Shown: positions 55,695 to 64,000 of the stretch, in pieces
Layout of the letters: each line of letters opens with the position of its first letter
Position numbering within the stretch: the stretch's first letter is position 1
Assembly (NCBI GenBank): GCA_938045815.1
Contig: CALIBI010000018.1
Location: 11,027 to 75,026 of the forward strand
DNA length: 64,000 nucleotides
Source of the DNA: an uncultured Sulfolobales archaeon
GTDB lineage: Archaea; Thermoproteota; Thermoprotei_A; Sulfolobales; NBVN01
Direction of reading: 5' to 3'
The notes under the pieces: model-generated
Database searches by the model: none
Seen by the model: the letters and a program-made list of their open reading frames with translations, nothing else
What the model was told of the DNA's origin: nothing
Program-made: the position numbers and the translations under genes

Positions 55695-56345
55695 TTAATC
55701 CTCACTCCTCATTAATTCGTTAAGCAACGATGCTAGTTTGTCTGATTCTTTAAGTATTTTCTGAGTAATTAGTCCCTCCCTTAAAGCCAAGACCACAATA
55801 CTTAGTTTTAGCACCTTCATGAACCTATGATCATCAAGTCTTACGATACCTAGTTTGTTTAAGAGGGAAGCTAAGGCTAGCGTGTGCTTGCATATGACGT
55901 ACCTGCTCGATATAGGTAACGGCTTCATGTAGCTGAAGCTGGTTTCCATGGTTCTAGCTATACTCACTAATACGTTATCAGCTTTTGCTGAAGTCATTAA
56001 TGCGTCCTCACACGTGCACTTAATACCGTAGGGCCCTACTTGAGTTAGGTAGAAGTCTCTAGGATACACGGGTATCCTGATCAAACCTGCTTGTGTTCTT
56101 ACAGACACGAATTTCTTAATGTCTTCAGTACTAGTAGTTATGAATGCTGAAGCGTGCTCGTTCTTGATTATTAAGGCTTTGAATCTCTCACTACCTAGGA
56201 GTTCTGAGGCGCTCTTAATTCTCTTGCTCAGGGAACTTGTTAATTCCTCTAACTTCATCTCGCTCAACGTACTTACTAGTACTTCACCCAACTTCTCTAA
56301 GCTACTCCTCCACTCAGTAACTGAGATTTCCGGGTTGTCGCTCAA
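55695..56345 (-). CDS. Hypothetical protein with a SWIM-like CxC...CxH arrangement
   Basis: GIKCTCEDA ... YVICKHTLA gives CxC-x43-CxH. The spacing is longer than the canonical SWIM, so the call is tentative. Confidence 0.35.
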   Translation of the reverse strand: MSDNPEISVTEWRSSLEKLGEVLVSTLSEMKLEELTSSLSKRIKSASELLGSERFKALIIKNEHASAFITTSTEDIKKFVSVRTQAGLIRIPVYPRDFYLTQVGPYGIKCTCEDALMTSAKADNVLVSIARTMETSFSYMKPLPISSRYVICKHTLALASLLNKLGIVRLDDHRFMKVLKLSIVVLALREGLITQKILKESDKLASLLNELMRSED

Positions 56346-56401
56346 CTAATTACCCATAAATTATTTCTTTAACAACACAATATTAACCTTGGTATTGAGA
56401 A

Positions 56402-57214
56402 ATGAGTAGCGGGATACCTAGCAGGAGAAGATCCCTAGGTAATACGGGTGAAACAATATCTGCGATCGCTCTAGGGACTTGGGGTATAAGGAACGAGAAT
56501 AACGCGTTCATAACTCTAGTAAGGGGTGTTGAGTTAGGTCTAGACACTATAGATACTGCGGAGATGTATAACTCCGGCAGAGCTGAGGAACTAGTAGGCA
56601 GAGTTATTAAGCAGGTTGGTAGAGAATCTGTTTTCTTGATAACTAAGATGCTTCCAGAGAGACTCAAGAGCAGACATGAAGTGATCAAGTACGCTAGAGC
56701 AGCATTAAGGAGGCTAAGCGTTAATGAAGTCGACTTATACCTGATTCACTGGCCTAACCCAACACTAAGTATTCAGGAACAAATCAAGAACTTTGAGGTA
56801 TTGATTGATGAGGGACTCACTAGATACATAGGAGTGAGTAACTTCAACGACGTGGAGCTGGTGGAAGCTATAAACTCAACTAAGAAGTCCGACATAGTTC
56901 TTAATCAGGTACACTACAGCGTGTTAAGAAAAGAAGTAGAGGAAACACTACTTCCTACAGCACTCAAGTATCAAGTGACTATTCAAGCCTACACACCTCT
57001 AGAAAGAGGCGGGGTTTTGAGTCATCCTAGATTAGCTGAAATCTCATCAAAAATAAACAAACCTATAGTTCAGATAGCTCTGAATTACGTGATACGAGAA
57101 CCCTACCTAGCTACAGTCGTTAAAACAGAGAATACTAAACACCTAGAAGAAATAGCTCAAACACTAGAGTGGTGCCTCACTCCAGAATTAATAGAGGTTC
57201 TCAAGAAATTATGA
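56402..57214 (+). CDS. Aldo/keto reductase
   Basis: LGTWG, IDTAEMY..G.AEELVG, VDLYLIHWP, IGVSNF, and a length of about 270 aa. Confidence 0.85.
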   Translation: MSSGIPSRRRSLGNTGETISAIALGTWGIRNENNAFITLVRGVELGLDTIDTAEMYNSGRAEELVGRVIKQVGRESVFLITKMLPERLKSRHEVIKYARAALRRLSVNEVDLYLIHWPNPTLSIQEQIKNFEVLIDEGLTRYIGVSNFNDVELVEAINSTKKSDIVLNQVHYSVLRKEVEETLLPTALKYQVTIQAYTPLERGGVLSHPRLAEISSKINKPIVQIALNYVIREPYLATVVKTENTKHLEEIAQTLEWCLTPELIEVLKKL

Positions 57215-57335
57215 AAGAGCGTCCCATCTCTCCAAGCTTTAGAAACTACTTAACTACCTTCCTCATAAGGTAGGGAGTATTAAGCGTGTTGAAGCGGATT
57301 CTTAATATATTACTACGTCATAATTTTGTTAATGG

Positions 57336-58055
57336 ATGATCAGAATGTTAAGGCTGGTAATCTTCGATGTGTGGGATACTTTACTATCGTTAGAGAAAAT
57401 GCATGAACTACTCGCGTCTAGGTTGTCGGAACACCTAAATCTAGATCCTCATGAAGTACTGGATTCATTGAAGAGGATTCACTCGGAGGTCAAGAATCTA
57501 AGAATAAATAAAACTCCAGCTAGTAGGGTCCTGGAAGAGTCTAGGAAAAGACTCTGTGAGAAGCTAGGTTTAAGCATGAGTCATTTCATGCTGATCCACG
57601 AGGAATTAAGTAAAGAAGCTGAGGAGGGGAAGTTAGGATATCTAATTATTGACGGTGTTAGGGAGGTCTTGTCTTACGTTAGGGCTAAAGGACTTAAGAC
57701 CGCGGTGCTAGGTAACGTACTCTTCTGGGATTCCTCAATAACTGTAAGTATTTTGGAGACTTCAGGCTTAAGCTCTTTCATAGACAAATTCTTCTTCTCA
57801 GACACTCTTGGTTTTCAAAAACCAGAGTTTGAAGCATTCATGACGGTACTAAAACACTTCAATCTAAAACCAAGTGAGGCAATACATGTGGGTGATAACG
57901 TTCGCGAGGATTTCGGTGGAGCCCTAGTAGCGGGTCTTAAAGCAGTTCTAATCAAGAACTTAGGGAAGGAAGTTATTAAAGCTGAGGAATTTGCTATCAT
58001 ACCTAGCATAAGGTACCTAATGCCCCTAATAGATGAGTGGAGCTCACCACTATGA
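57336..58055 (+). CDS. HAD-superfamily hydrolase
   Basis: Motif I VIFDVWDTLL, motif III/IV KPEFEAF...AIHVGDNVREDFGGA. Confidence 0.8.
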   Translation: MIRMLRLVIFDVWDTLLSLEKMHELLASRLSEHLNLDPHEVLDSLKRIHSEVKNLRINKTPASRVLEESRKRLCEKLGLSMSHFMLIHEELSKEAEEGKLGYLIIDGVREVLSYVRAKGLKTAVLGNVLFWDSSITVSILETSGLSSFIDKFFFSDTLGFQKPEFEAFMTVLKHFNLKPSEAIHVGDNVREDFGGALVAGLKAVLIKNLGKEVIKAEEFAIIPSIRYLMPLIDEWSSPL

Positions 58056-58475
58056 CTCCGGTTCCTCGGATTCAACACTCATTAAAACAGGTCTCACAAG
58101 CTTTACTCCCTTAAGCTTAATAATCCTCGTTAAGAGACTTTTTACACGTTCTGAACTACCTTTCAGAGCTAGTACCAACATGCAGTTTCTGCGGTCTACG
58201 TGGATATGCAGAGCAGATATTATTTCGTTTAAGTAGTCGTGCTGAATATCAGTTAGTTCGGAGTCTATCCCTCTTACTTCGTGGTCGTAGACTACGCTGA
58301 TTACCCCTAATATAGAGCCTCCCGCACGCCACTTATGTTCACTTATGAAGAGACGTAGAGCTTCTCTGAATACTAGCGACTTATTCTTTATACCTAGAGA
58401 TCTCATGCAATCTTCTAGCTCGTGCATCAGTTCTTCCGGGACGTAAATACCGAACTTCCCGCACAATAGTTTCAC
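58050..58475 (-). CDS. nikR: Nickel-responsive regulator NikR (RHH plus ACT-like metal-binding domain)
   Basis: N-terminal ribbon-helix-helix FGIYVPEELMHELED...NKSLVFREALRLFI. The C-terminal domain VVYDHE...IQHDYLNEIISALHIHVDRRNC places His, His+11, His+13 and Cys+19 as in E. coli NikR H76/H87/H89/C95. Confidence 0.85.
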   Translation of the reverse strand: MKLLCGKFGIYVPEELMHELEDCMRSLGIKNKSLVFREALRLFISEHKWRAGGSILGVISVVYDHEVRGIDSELTDIQHDYLNEIISALHIHVDRRNCMLVLALKGSSERVKSLLTRIIKLKGVKLVRPVLMSVESEEPES

Positions 58476-58490
58476 CAGCTACGGGATGGC

Positions 58491-59813
58491 TTAAGCCGGC
58501 TTCACATAACCCCACTTATCTAGTGCTTTCTTAAGTTCCTTATGTGTCTCAGCATATACGTCTAGAGGTATTCCCTTCAAGAACGCCTCGACAGCCTGCC
58601 TAACAGCCATAGCACCTTCCCTAGGACCGCCAGGATGTCCGAGCACACCACCACCAACCTGAATCACTAAATCAACACCTAATGATTTGATGACTTCAGG
58701 CAGTGTGCCTGGGTGTAGACCGCCTGAAGACGTGGGGAGTACGGGCTTAATATGGTGCCAGTTTTGTGCTAGTCTCAAATCACCTGTCTCAGGAACGTAT
58801 ACGGGTTCTCTCAACACTCTACTTATGTTTATGACGTCTTTTGCTCTAGCTTCTAGCTTACCTACCTCAGGAGTACCAACGTGTAGTTGGTCTACACCAA
58901 TCACGCGTAGGAGTTTAGCTAAAGCAAACATTGAGAGACCATGTGTTGGGTTCCTAGTGAAGGCTGCGTGGAAAGCTCTATGAGCATGTATCGCTAAGCC
59001 ATACTCCTCAGCTAAATCTCTGATAAATGTTAGGGATGACCAGCCAGCAATCACTACATCCACCATCACGAACGGATTACCGTAATCAGCTACTAGCTTA
59101 AGCCTCTTCTCCATCTCCCTAACGTCAGCCGTTATGTTAGCTAACCAAACCTTCCTCTCACCACTCTCTTTCTCAGCTTTGTCAATAGCTCTCATAACTG
59201 CTTTAGCTCTCTCACTAAACCTGCAGAAAGGAGGTGACGCGAGATTCTCGTCATCTTTCACGAAATCCATGCCTCCTACCAGAATTTCGTAAGCTACTGT
59301 TTCCAATTCTTCAGGGGAGAAACCAACCTTAGGCTTAGGGACGGTGCCAAGTAGTGGTCTGTCATAAACCCTGTATATATCCCTAACGCCCTTAAGTCCT
59401 TTCACAGGTCCTTTAAAGTGCTTCAGGAATTCCTTAGGCATCATAATATCTTCGATTCTGAGACCCTTAACCCTCCTCATACCGAAGATGTTGCCAGCAA
59501 CTGAAGCTAGGAAAGCCGGCATATTATCCTCCTCAAATAAGTCTGTAGGATACGCTACCCTAACAAGCCAGGACCCATCACCGATATCTCTTATTTCATA
59601 TGCTCTACCCATTAATCTCCAAATCCTTTCAGGAAGTGATGAGAGGGTAGTCCAAGTACCGACACTGCTTTCAGAAGCTATGCCGCCAGCAACGTCCTCA
59701 ATACTGAAACCCTCAGCAGGAGTAACTTTGAAAGACACTATCACATCCTTATCAGGATCTGGGGAATAATCCTTCTTAACAAAAACATTATACCACTCAA
59801 ACTCTTCAGGCAT
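58491..59813 (-). CDS. rbcL: Ribulose-1,5-bisphosphate carboxylase/oxygenase large subunit, form III
   Basis: GTWTT, GGMDFVKDDENL, WLANITAD, IHAHRAFHAAFTR, TSSGGLHPG, QVGGGVLGHP. About 440 aa with no small subunit nearby, as expected for archaeal form III. Confidence 0.95.
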   Translation of the reverse strand: MPEEFEWYNVFVKKDYSPDPDKDVIVSFKVTPAEGFSIEDVAGGIASESSVGTWTTLSSLPERIWRLMGRAYEIRDIGDGSWLVRVAYPTDLFEEDNMPAFLASVAGNIFGMRRVKGLRIEDIMMPKEFLKHFKGPVKGLKGVRDIYRVYDRPLLGTVPKPKVGFSPEELETVAYEILVGGMDFVKDDENLASPPFCRFSERAKAVMRAIDKAEKESGERKVWLANITADVREMEKRLKLVADYGNPFVMVDVVIAGWSSLTFIRDLAEEYGLAIHAHRAFHAAFTRNPTHGLSMFALAKLLRVIGVDQLHVGTPEVGKLEARAKDVINISRVLREPVYVPETGDLRLAQNWHHIKPVLPTSSGGLHPGTLPEVIKSLGVDLVIQVGGGVLGHPGGPREGAMAVRQAVEAFLKGIPLDVYAETHKELKKALDKWGYVKPA

Positions 59814-59829
59814 ACGCGAAACACCTTAC

Positions 59830-59839
59830 TATAATAAAA
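59830..59839 (-). promoter_or_regulatory. TATA-like box for rbcL
   Basis: On the minus strand, TTTTATTATA ends 16 nt before the rbcL ATG (59813). The spacing fits a leaderless or near-leaderless crenarchaeal transcript. Confidence 0.3.
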
Positions 59840-60056
59840 GAACCAGAAACTAATAAATCTTTTCATAAACTTAGTGAACAGCATATATTTAAAAAGACAA
59901 TACAGAGCTTAATTTTCCTTAGGCTCTGGAGAATTATTTAATTATTGCTTGTTCTTCCGTATTTCTCGAGGATTTCTTCCCTACTTGCAGAGTCTCTATA
60001 AGCTTAAATATCGATATGTCACTAAATATATGAGAGGTGCGTGTTAGTGGGTGAGT

Positions 60057-61484
60057 ATGTTTGCAGAACTTAAGATCTATAACACTAGGACTAGGTCTCT
60101 AGAAGTATTTAAGCCTCTTAATGGTAACAGAGTATTTATGTTTGTGTGTGGTCCCACGGTTTATGATTATTCTCATATAGGTCACGCAAGAGTCTTCGTG
60201 TTCTTTGATGTTGTAGCGCGTTGGTTAAGGAGATTAGGGTATTCACTGTTCTATATAGTCAACATAACTGATGTGGATGACAAGATAGTTGGGAGAGCGG
60301 TTGAGGAGGGGACTCACCCACTGGATCTTGCTAGGAAGTACGAGAAGTTCTTCCTTGAAGATATGGTGTCGCTTAACGTAATATCTCCTAACCTTTATGC
60401 GAGAGCCTCTGATTACTTGAGAGAGATATTCGAGCAAATAGAGATGCTTCTAAGCAAGAATCACGCATACGTTACGCCTACGGGAGTATACTTCGATATA
60501 ACCACTTTCAGTGATTACGGTAAATTATCGGGTAGAGATCCTAAGGAGTTGATTGTTCACAGGATTGAACCAGACCCGACGAAGAGGAATCCAGGGGACT
60601 TCGCTTTATGGAGAGTCAGACCTAAGCATGAGTTCGGGTGGGACTCACCGTGGGGTTACGGTAGGCCCGGATGGCACATAGAAGACACTGCAATAACTAT
60701 CAGGCATTTCGGTCCTCAGTACGACATACATGGTGGTGCGGTAGAGCTGATATTCCCTCATCACGAAGCTGAGATAGCTCAAGCTGAGTCTTTTACTGGC
60801 ATAAAGCCTTTCGTTAATTTCTGGATTCACGTGGGCCTGCTCACAGTGGGTGGTGAGAAGATGAGTAAGTCTTTAGGAAATTACGTCACCATTAGAGAAG
60901 CTCTCAACAAATACGGCGCCAACACTCTCAGACTGTATTTACTGCAGACCCACTACAGGTCACCGATAGACTTCACGTGGGACGCGCTCGAAAGCACTCA
61001 TAAGACATTCTCCAGAATTGAGGTAGCTCACTCAAGGTTAGAGCAGCTAGAGGTTAGGGGGGATGGTGGGGTTAGTGATGATGAGATAGAATTAAGAAAG
61101 AAGACTGAAAGAGCTAGAGAAAAATTTGATGAGTCTATGAATAACGACCTAAACACTGCTGAGGCTGTAGCTAGTTACCTAGATCTAGTATCAGCTATTA
61201 ACGAATACACTAACAAGAGAAGCGATATTGATAAGGTCACGTATGAGTTAGTTATTAACACACTCAACTATATGAACAGTGTTTTAGGTTTCGTAGTGAG
61301 ACCGAGTAGTATGGGAGAATTAGCCGAGGCCTTAATTAGGTTATTGGTTGATGTTAGGTCTGAACTCAGGAAGAGGAAGATTTGGGAATTATCAGATAAG
61401 TTAAGAGAAGATTTGAGGAGGTTAGGTATAGAGCTTCAAGACACCCCCTCAGGTACTAAATGGGTTGTGAGGGTGAAGAGATAA
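60057..61484 (+). CDS. cysS: Cysteine--tRNA ligase
   Basis: MFVCGPTVYDYSHIGHAR (HIGH), WDSPWG.GRPGWHIE, KMSKSLGN (KMSKS). An alternative GTG start lies at 60051. Confidence 0.95.
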   Translation: MFAELKIYNTRTRSLEVFKPLNGNRVFMFVCGPTVYDYSHIGHARVFVFFDVVARWLRRLGYSLFYIVNITDVDDKIVGRAVEEGTHPLDLARKYEKFFLEDMVSLNVISPNLYARASDYLREIFEQIEMLLSKNHAYVTPTGVYFDITTFSDYGKLSGRDPKELIVHRIEPDPTKRNPGDFALWRVRPKHEFGWDSPWGYGRPGWHIEDTAITIRHFGPQYDIHGGAVELIFPHHEAEIAQAESFTGIKPFVNFWIHVGLLTVGGEKMSKSLGNYVTIREALNKYGANTLRLYLLQTHYRSPIDFTWDALESTHKTFSRIEVAHSRLEQLEVRGDGGVSDDEIELRKKTERAREKFDESMNNDLNTAEAVASYLDLVSAINEYTNKRSDIDKVTYELVINTLNYMNSVLGFVVRPSSMGELAEALIRLLVDVRSELRKRKIWELSDKLREDLRRLGIELQDTPSGTKWVVRVKR

Positions 61485-62656
61485 ACTTGGATGTGGTTGA
61501 GTTACTTAAAGAGCTCGTTAGGATAAAGAGTCTGCCAGGAAGTGAGGGAAACTTAGCAAACACCGTAAAGGAGTTTCTAAGTTATGCAGGGGTTGATAAA
61601 GTCTTCATAGATAGTGTGGGGAACGTGATTGCTCCAGTGAGGGGTGGTGGTTTAGGAACAATCGTTGTGGAGGGTCACTTAGATACGGTAGATGTTGGTG
61701 ATTTAAGGCAGTGGGTTGTTGAGCCTTTTTCCGGTGTAGAGATTGAGGGTAAGGTTTACGGGAGAGGAGCTGTTGATATGAAGGGCGCGATTGCTTCTCA
61801 GGTGAAAGCACTTGAGGATTTGAAGACTCTGGAAAGTGATCTCTACGTGATATACACGGTGCACGAGGAAATAATTGAGGGTGTTGCCTTAAGACACGCG
61901 CTGAGGGATTCACTAAGAATACGTCCTGACGTAATAGTGACTGGGGAAGCTACTTCTCTTAAGCTTGGCTTGGGTCATAGAGGCAGAGCAGTCATAAACC
62001 TCGAGATCTCCGGGATTTCAGCTCATGCTTCAATGCCTGGCGAAGGTATTAACTCTCTTGAGGGAGCTGCTCAGGCTATCCTAAAGATAGCTGACATATC
62101 TAGTAACCTACCTAGTCACGAGTTACTCGGTAATGAGTCAGCTGTAGCTACTCTCATCGACTGTCAACCTAAAATACAGCCTCAAATACCTGATAAATGC
62201 TTAGTCACAGTAGATCATAGGTTATTACCAGGCAGGAGCGAGGCAGACTTAATCAAGATATATGAAGATTTATGTAATCAAGTCAAGAATCTGAGGAAGA
62301 CTGGGTGCAGACCTTCATTAAGAGAGGAAGAAATCAATTCTTGGAGAGGCTACCACCTACGTACTAAGGAGTTATTTCCTGGCTGGATAAACGAGGATGT
62401 AAGCCTAGTTAAACCTCTAATAAGATCTCTCAAAAAGATTTATAGTAATGTCTCAAGACATTACTGGAAATTCTCAACAGACTTGGTTATCTTGAATGAA
62501 TTTAATGCTGAAGGTCTTGGTTTAGGTCCTGGGGAGGAAACACTAGCTCATAAACCTAACGAGTACGTTGAGGTTGTTGAGTTGAAGAAAGCTGTAGACA
62601 TGTATAGAGTGTTGCTTCAAGAACTAAGTAGTCACCTATCAAGTAAGATAAAGTAA
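61460..62656 (+). CDS. M20-family metallohydrolase (ArgE/DapE/ACY1-like)
   Basis: LLKELVRIKSLPGSEG, EGHLDTV, GRGAVDMKG, HEE, GHRG.....ISG.SAHAS.P. The start may be TTG 61487 rather than the overlapping ATG 61460. Confidence 0.8.
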   Translation: MGCEGEEINLDVVELLKELVRIKSLPGSEGNLANTVKEFLSYAGVDKVFIDSVGNVIAPVRGGGLGTIVVEGHLDTVDVGDLRQWVVEPFSGVEIEGKVYGRGAVDMKGAIASQVKALEDLKTLESDLYVIYTVHEEIIEGVALRHALRDSLRIRPDVIVTGEATSLKLGLGHRGRAVINLEISGISAHASMPGEGINSLEGAAQAILKIADISSNLPSHELLGNESAVATLIDCQPKIQPQIPDKCLVTVDHRLLPGRSEADLIKIYEDLCNQVKNLRKTGCRPSLREEEINSWRGYHLRTKELFPGWINEDVSLVKPLIRSLKKIYSNVSRHYWKFSTDLVILNEFNAEGLGLGPGEETLAHKPNEYVEVVELKKAVDMYRVLLQELSSHLSSKIK

Positions 62657-62697
62657 GAGAATAAACTTACCGGAGAAAACGAAATACTTGCTCTTTA

Positions 62698-63081
62698 CTA
62701 CGTACTCTCTAGGTAAGCTATTGCTTCAATCATTAAGTCAGCGTCTCTAGGTATCGAAGATACTGCTACTACAGCTCTAGCTGGTTTATGATCACCTAAT
62801 AATTCACTATAGACCTCATTAAACTCACTAAACCTACTTACGTCTTTTAGATATACGGTAACCTTAACTATATTCTTTATATCTCCTCCCGACGCATGAA
62901 CTATTTCTATCACGTTGATTAATGCTTGTCTAGCTGCTTCCCTAAAATTATTCTTTATCAACTCACCTGTTAGTGGATTTATAGGTAATTGACCTGAAAC
63001 GAAGAGGAAATTACCTGCTAAGACTCCTTGAGAGTAAGGTCCTACCGGTTTAGGTGCTTTTTCCGTATAAACATACTTCAT
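62698..63081 (-). CDS. ridA: RidA/YjgF/TdcF-family enamine/imine deaminase
   Basis: APKPVGPYSQGV..GN.LFVSGQLP..P.TGE, ...PARAVVAVS.LP.DA..EIEAIA. 127 aa. Confidence 0.9.
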   Translation of the reverse strand: MKYVYTEKAPKPVGPYSQGVLAGNFLFVSGQLPINPLTGELIKNNFREAARQALINVIEIVHASGGDIKNIVKVTVYLKDVSRFSEFNEVYSELLGDHKPARAVVAVSSIPRDADLMIEAIAYLEST

Positions 63082-63297
63082 TTAGGGACACCATTAGTTA
63101 ATCTCATACAGACTTATATGCTAATGAGTGGGGGTGCATTCTGAAACATTTTTATGAATGATACGATTATAATTAATGAGGCATGGTGAATGAGCTGTAC
63201 ACAACCCCCACACACGGCACCTCTCTCGAATCCTGGGGGTTCAGGTGCTCATAAGGTATTTAGTGCTGTGATTATTTTGGGTGGAGAAGATGATTTT

Positions 63298-63618
63298 ATG
63301 CATCGTTATTTAATTTATGATCTCATTAAGGAAGGCGTGCGGGGTAAGTACAAGAAAATAGAACTCTACGTCATAAGTCCTCTTCCCTCCCCACTATACC
63401 TTAAACAGATCAGAGACTTGCTTTTATCGAATATTCACGTTAGTATAGTTGTTAAGTATTCTGGTTACGGTGCTGATTCTCTGAGGAAATTGTTGGAGGA
63501 GTTAATTAAGTCAGGTAATGATATCAGGGTATATTCATCACGTAGTTTAGGGGGTGAGTACTTAGAGGTAATTAAGCAATTTAGTATCACCACGATTCTA
63601 GCGGGTGAGGGTTCGTGA
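63298..63618 (+). CDS. Hypothetical protein, unknown family
   Basis: ORF 63190-63618. I prefer the ATG at 63298 (MHRYLIYDL) because the upstream 36 codons look non-coding. GTGA overlap with the next ORF. Confidence 0.4.
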   Translation: MHRYLIYDLIKEGVRGKYKKIELYVISPLPSPLYLKQIRDLLLSNIHVSIVVKYSGYGADSLRKLLEELIKSGNDIRVYSSRSLGGEYLEVIKQFSITTILAGEGS

Positions 63619-64000
63619 GTTTCGAGATAATCATAACTAGCGATAGAACAATGATGACTAATCATAGAGGTAAGGAATTCCTAGGTTTCATGACTACAGG
63701 ACCTGCTATAGGTATTCCAGAGTTTTTGTGGATGTGGATTGCTGCTCCTAAAATGAGGGTTGATGAGTTAGGCAGACCTATTGAAGCGCCTTACGGATTA
63801 AGAAAAATTGAAGCGAAACTTCAGGAGCTAGGTTATAAAGCATCTATTATAGACCCGAACCACATAGATAAGCACTTAAAAAGTATGAAAATCCTCATGA
63901 TAGGTCATCACGACTACTTTGCTTACGGACCCCCAAGTAGTGAGTGGTGGTTCATAACAGGTAAGGAACCCGTAAACAGGAAATCCTTCATAAGATTTAT
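63615..64000 (+). CDS. N-terminal part of a larger protein, possibly a B12-binding-like/radical SAM family member; 3' end outside the window
   Basis: This open frame runs to the window end and is not in the ORF track: [14 protein letters not shown]...[29 protein letters not shown]...[11 protein letters not shown]. aPyGLr.ieA.L...Gy.v.iiD resembles the N-terminal Rossmann-like domain of B12-binding/radical SAM proteins. No CxxxCxxC is visible yet. Confidence 0.4.
   Translation, partial: MSFEIIITSDRTMMTNHRGKEFLGFMTTGPAIGIPEFLWMWIAAPKMRVDELGRPIEAPYGLRKIEAKLQELGYKASIIDPNHIDKHLKSMKILMIGHHDYFAYGPPSSEWWFITGKEPVNRKSFIRF

Noticed and set aside
61605-61913. 102-aa minus-strand Pro/Gln/Ser-rich ORF
   Set aside because: It is antisense to the M20 peptidase gene. 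The low-complexity translation marks a shadow ORF.
1-64000. Search for rRNA, tRNA, CRISPR arrays, transposases or integrases
   Set aside because: I saw no GC-rich structured islands in the intergenic regions, no regularly spaced repeats of 24-40 nt, and no ORF with DDE, tyrosine-recombinase or serine-recombinase motifs. Every gap over 150 nt was read individually.

Overview
This is a densely coding chromosomal window with about 65 CDS, short or overlapping gene junctions and many GTG/TTG starts. It reads as a hyperthermophile-type archaeon, probably a crenarchaeote. The supporting genes are a form III RuBisCO, GTP cyclohydrolase III, an Nre repair protein, M32 and M42 peptidases, a stand-alone RAM domain and a decayed PF01637-type archaeal ATPase; AT-rich TATA-like boxes also sit about 25 nt upstream of start codons. 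I found no rRNA, tRNA, CRISPR array, transposase or integrase. Gene content from left to right: (1) a TAXI-TRAP transporter with DUF1850, flanked by dehydrogenases; (2) an Nre plus radical-SAM pair; (3) a divergent MoxR/DUF58/ABC-2 versus DUF4129/DUF4350 envelope locus; (4) an alpha-glucan cluster with a wHTH regulator, GH13 GlgB and GH57; (5) peptidases and EamA/MATE transporters; (6) a Liv-type ABC importer followed by a KASIII-like enzyme, a family III CoA-transferase and a hydrolase; (7) a decayed ATPase gene, SfsA and an unusually long repeat-bearing spacer; (8) a PIG-L deacetylase, PGM/PMM and a THUMP protein; (9) an HTH_10 regulator, a thiolase and a DUF35-SDR fusion; (10) riboflavin genes arfA and ribH; (11) hypE and hypC; (12) a rhomboid and membrane proteins; (13) rbcL followed directly by nikR; (14) cysS, an M20 peptidase and RidA. 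The most noteworthy items are the nine-gene MoxR/DUF58/ABC-2/DUF4129/DUF4350 locus, the thiolase coupled to a DUF35(OB)-ketoreductase fusion, the KASIII-like protein that keeps Cys but lacks the His/Asn of the triad, the Nre-radical SAM operon with a C-terminal PIP-like motif, the rbcL-nikR tandem, and a strand-composition polarity switch near 11.7 kb. All calls come from reading motifs by eye in the supplied ORF translations and the DNA. No database search or computation was run, so family names are recollection-based and need HMM or structure confirmation.
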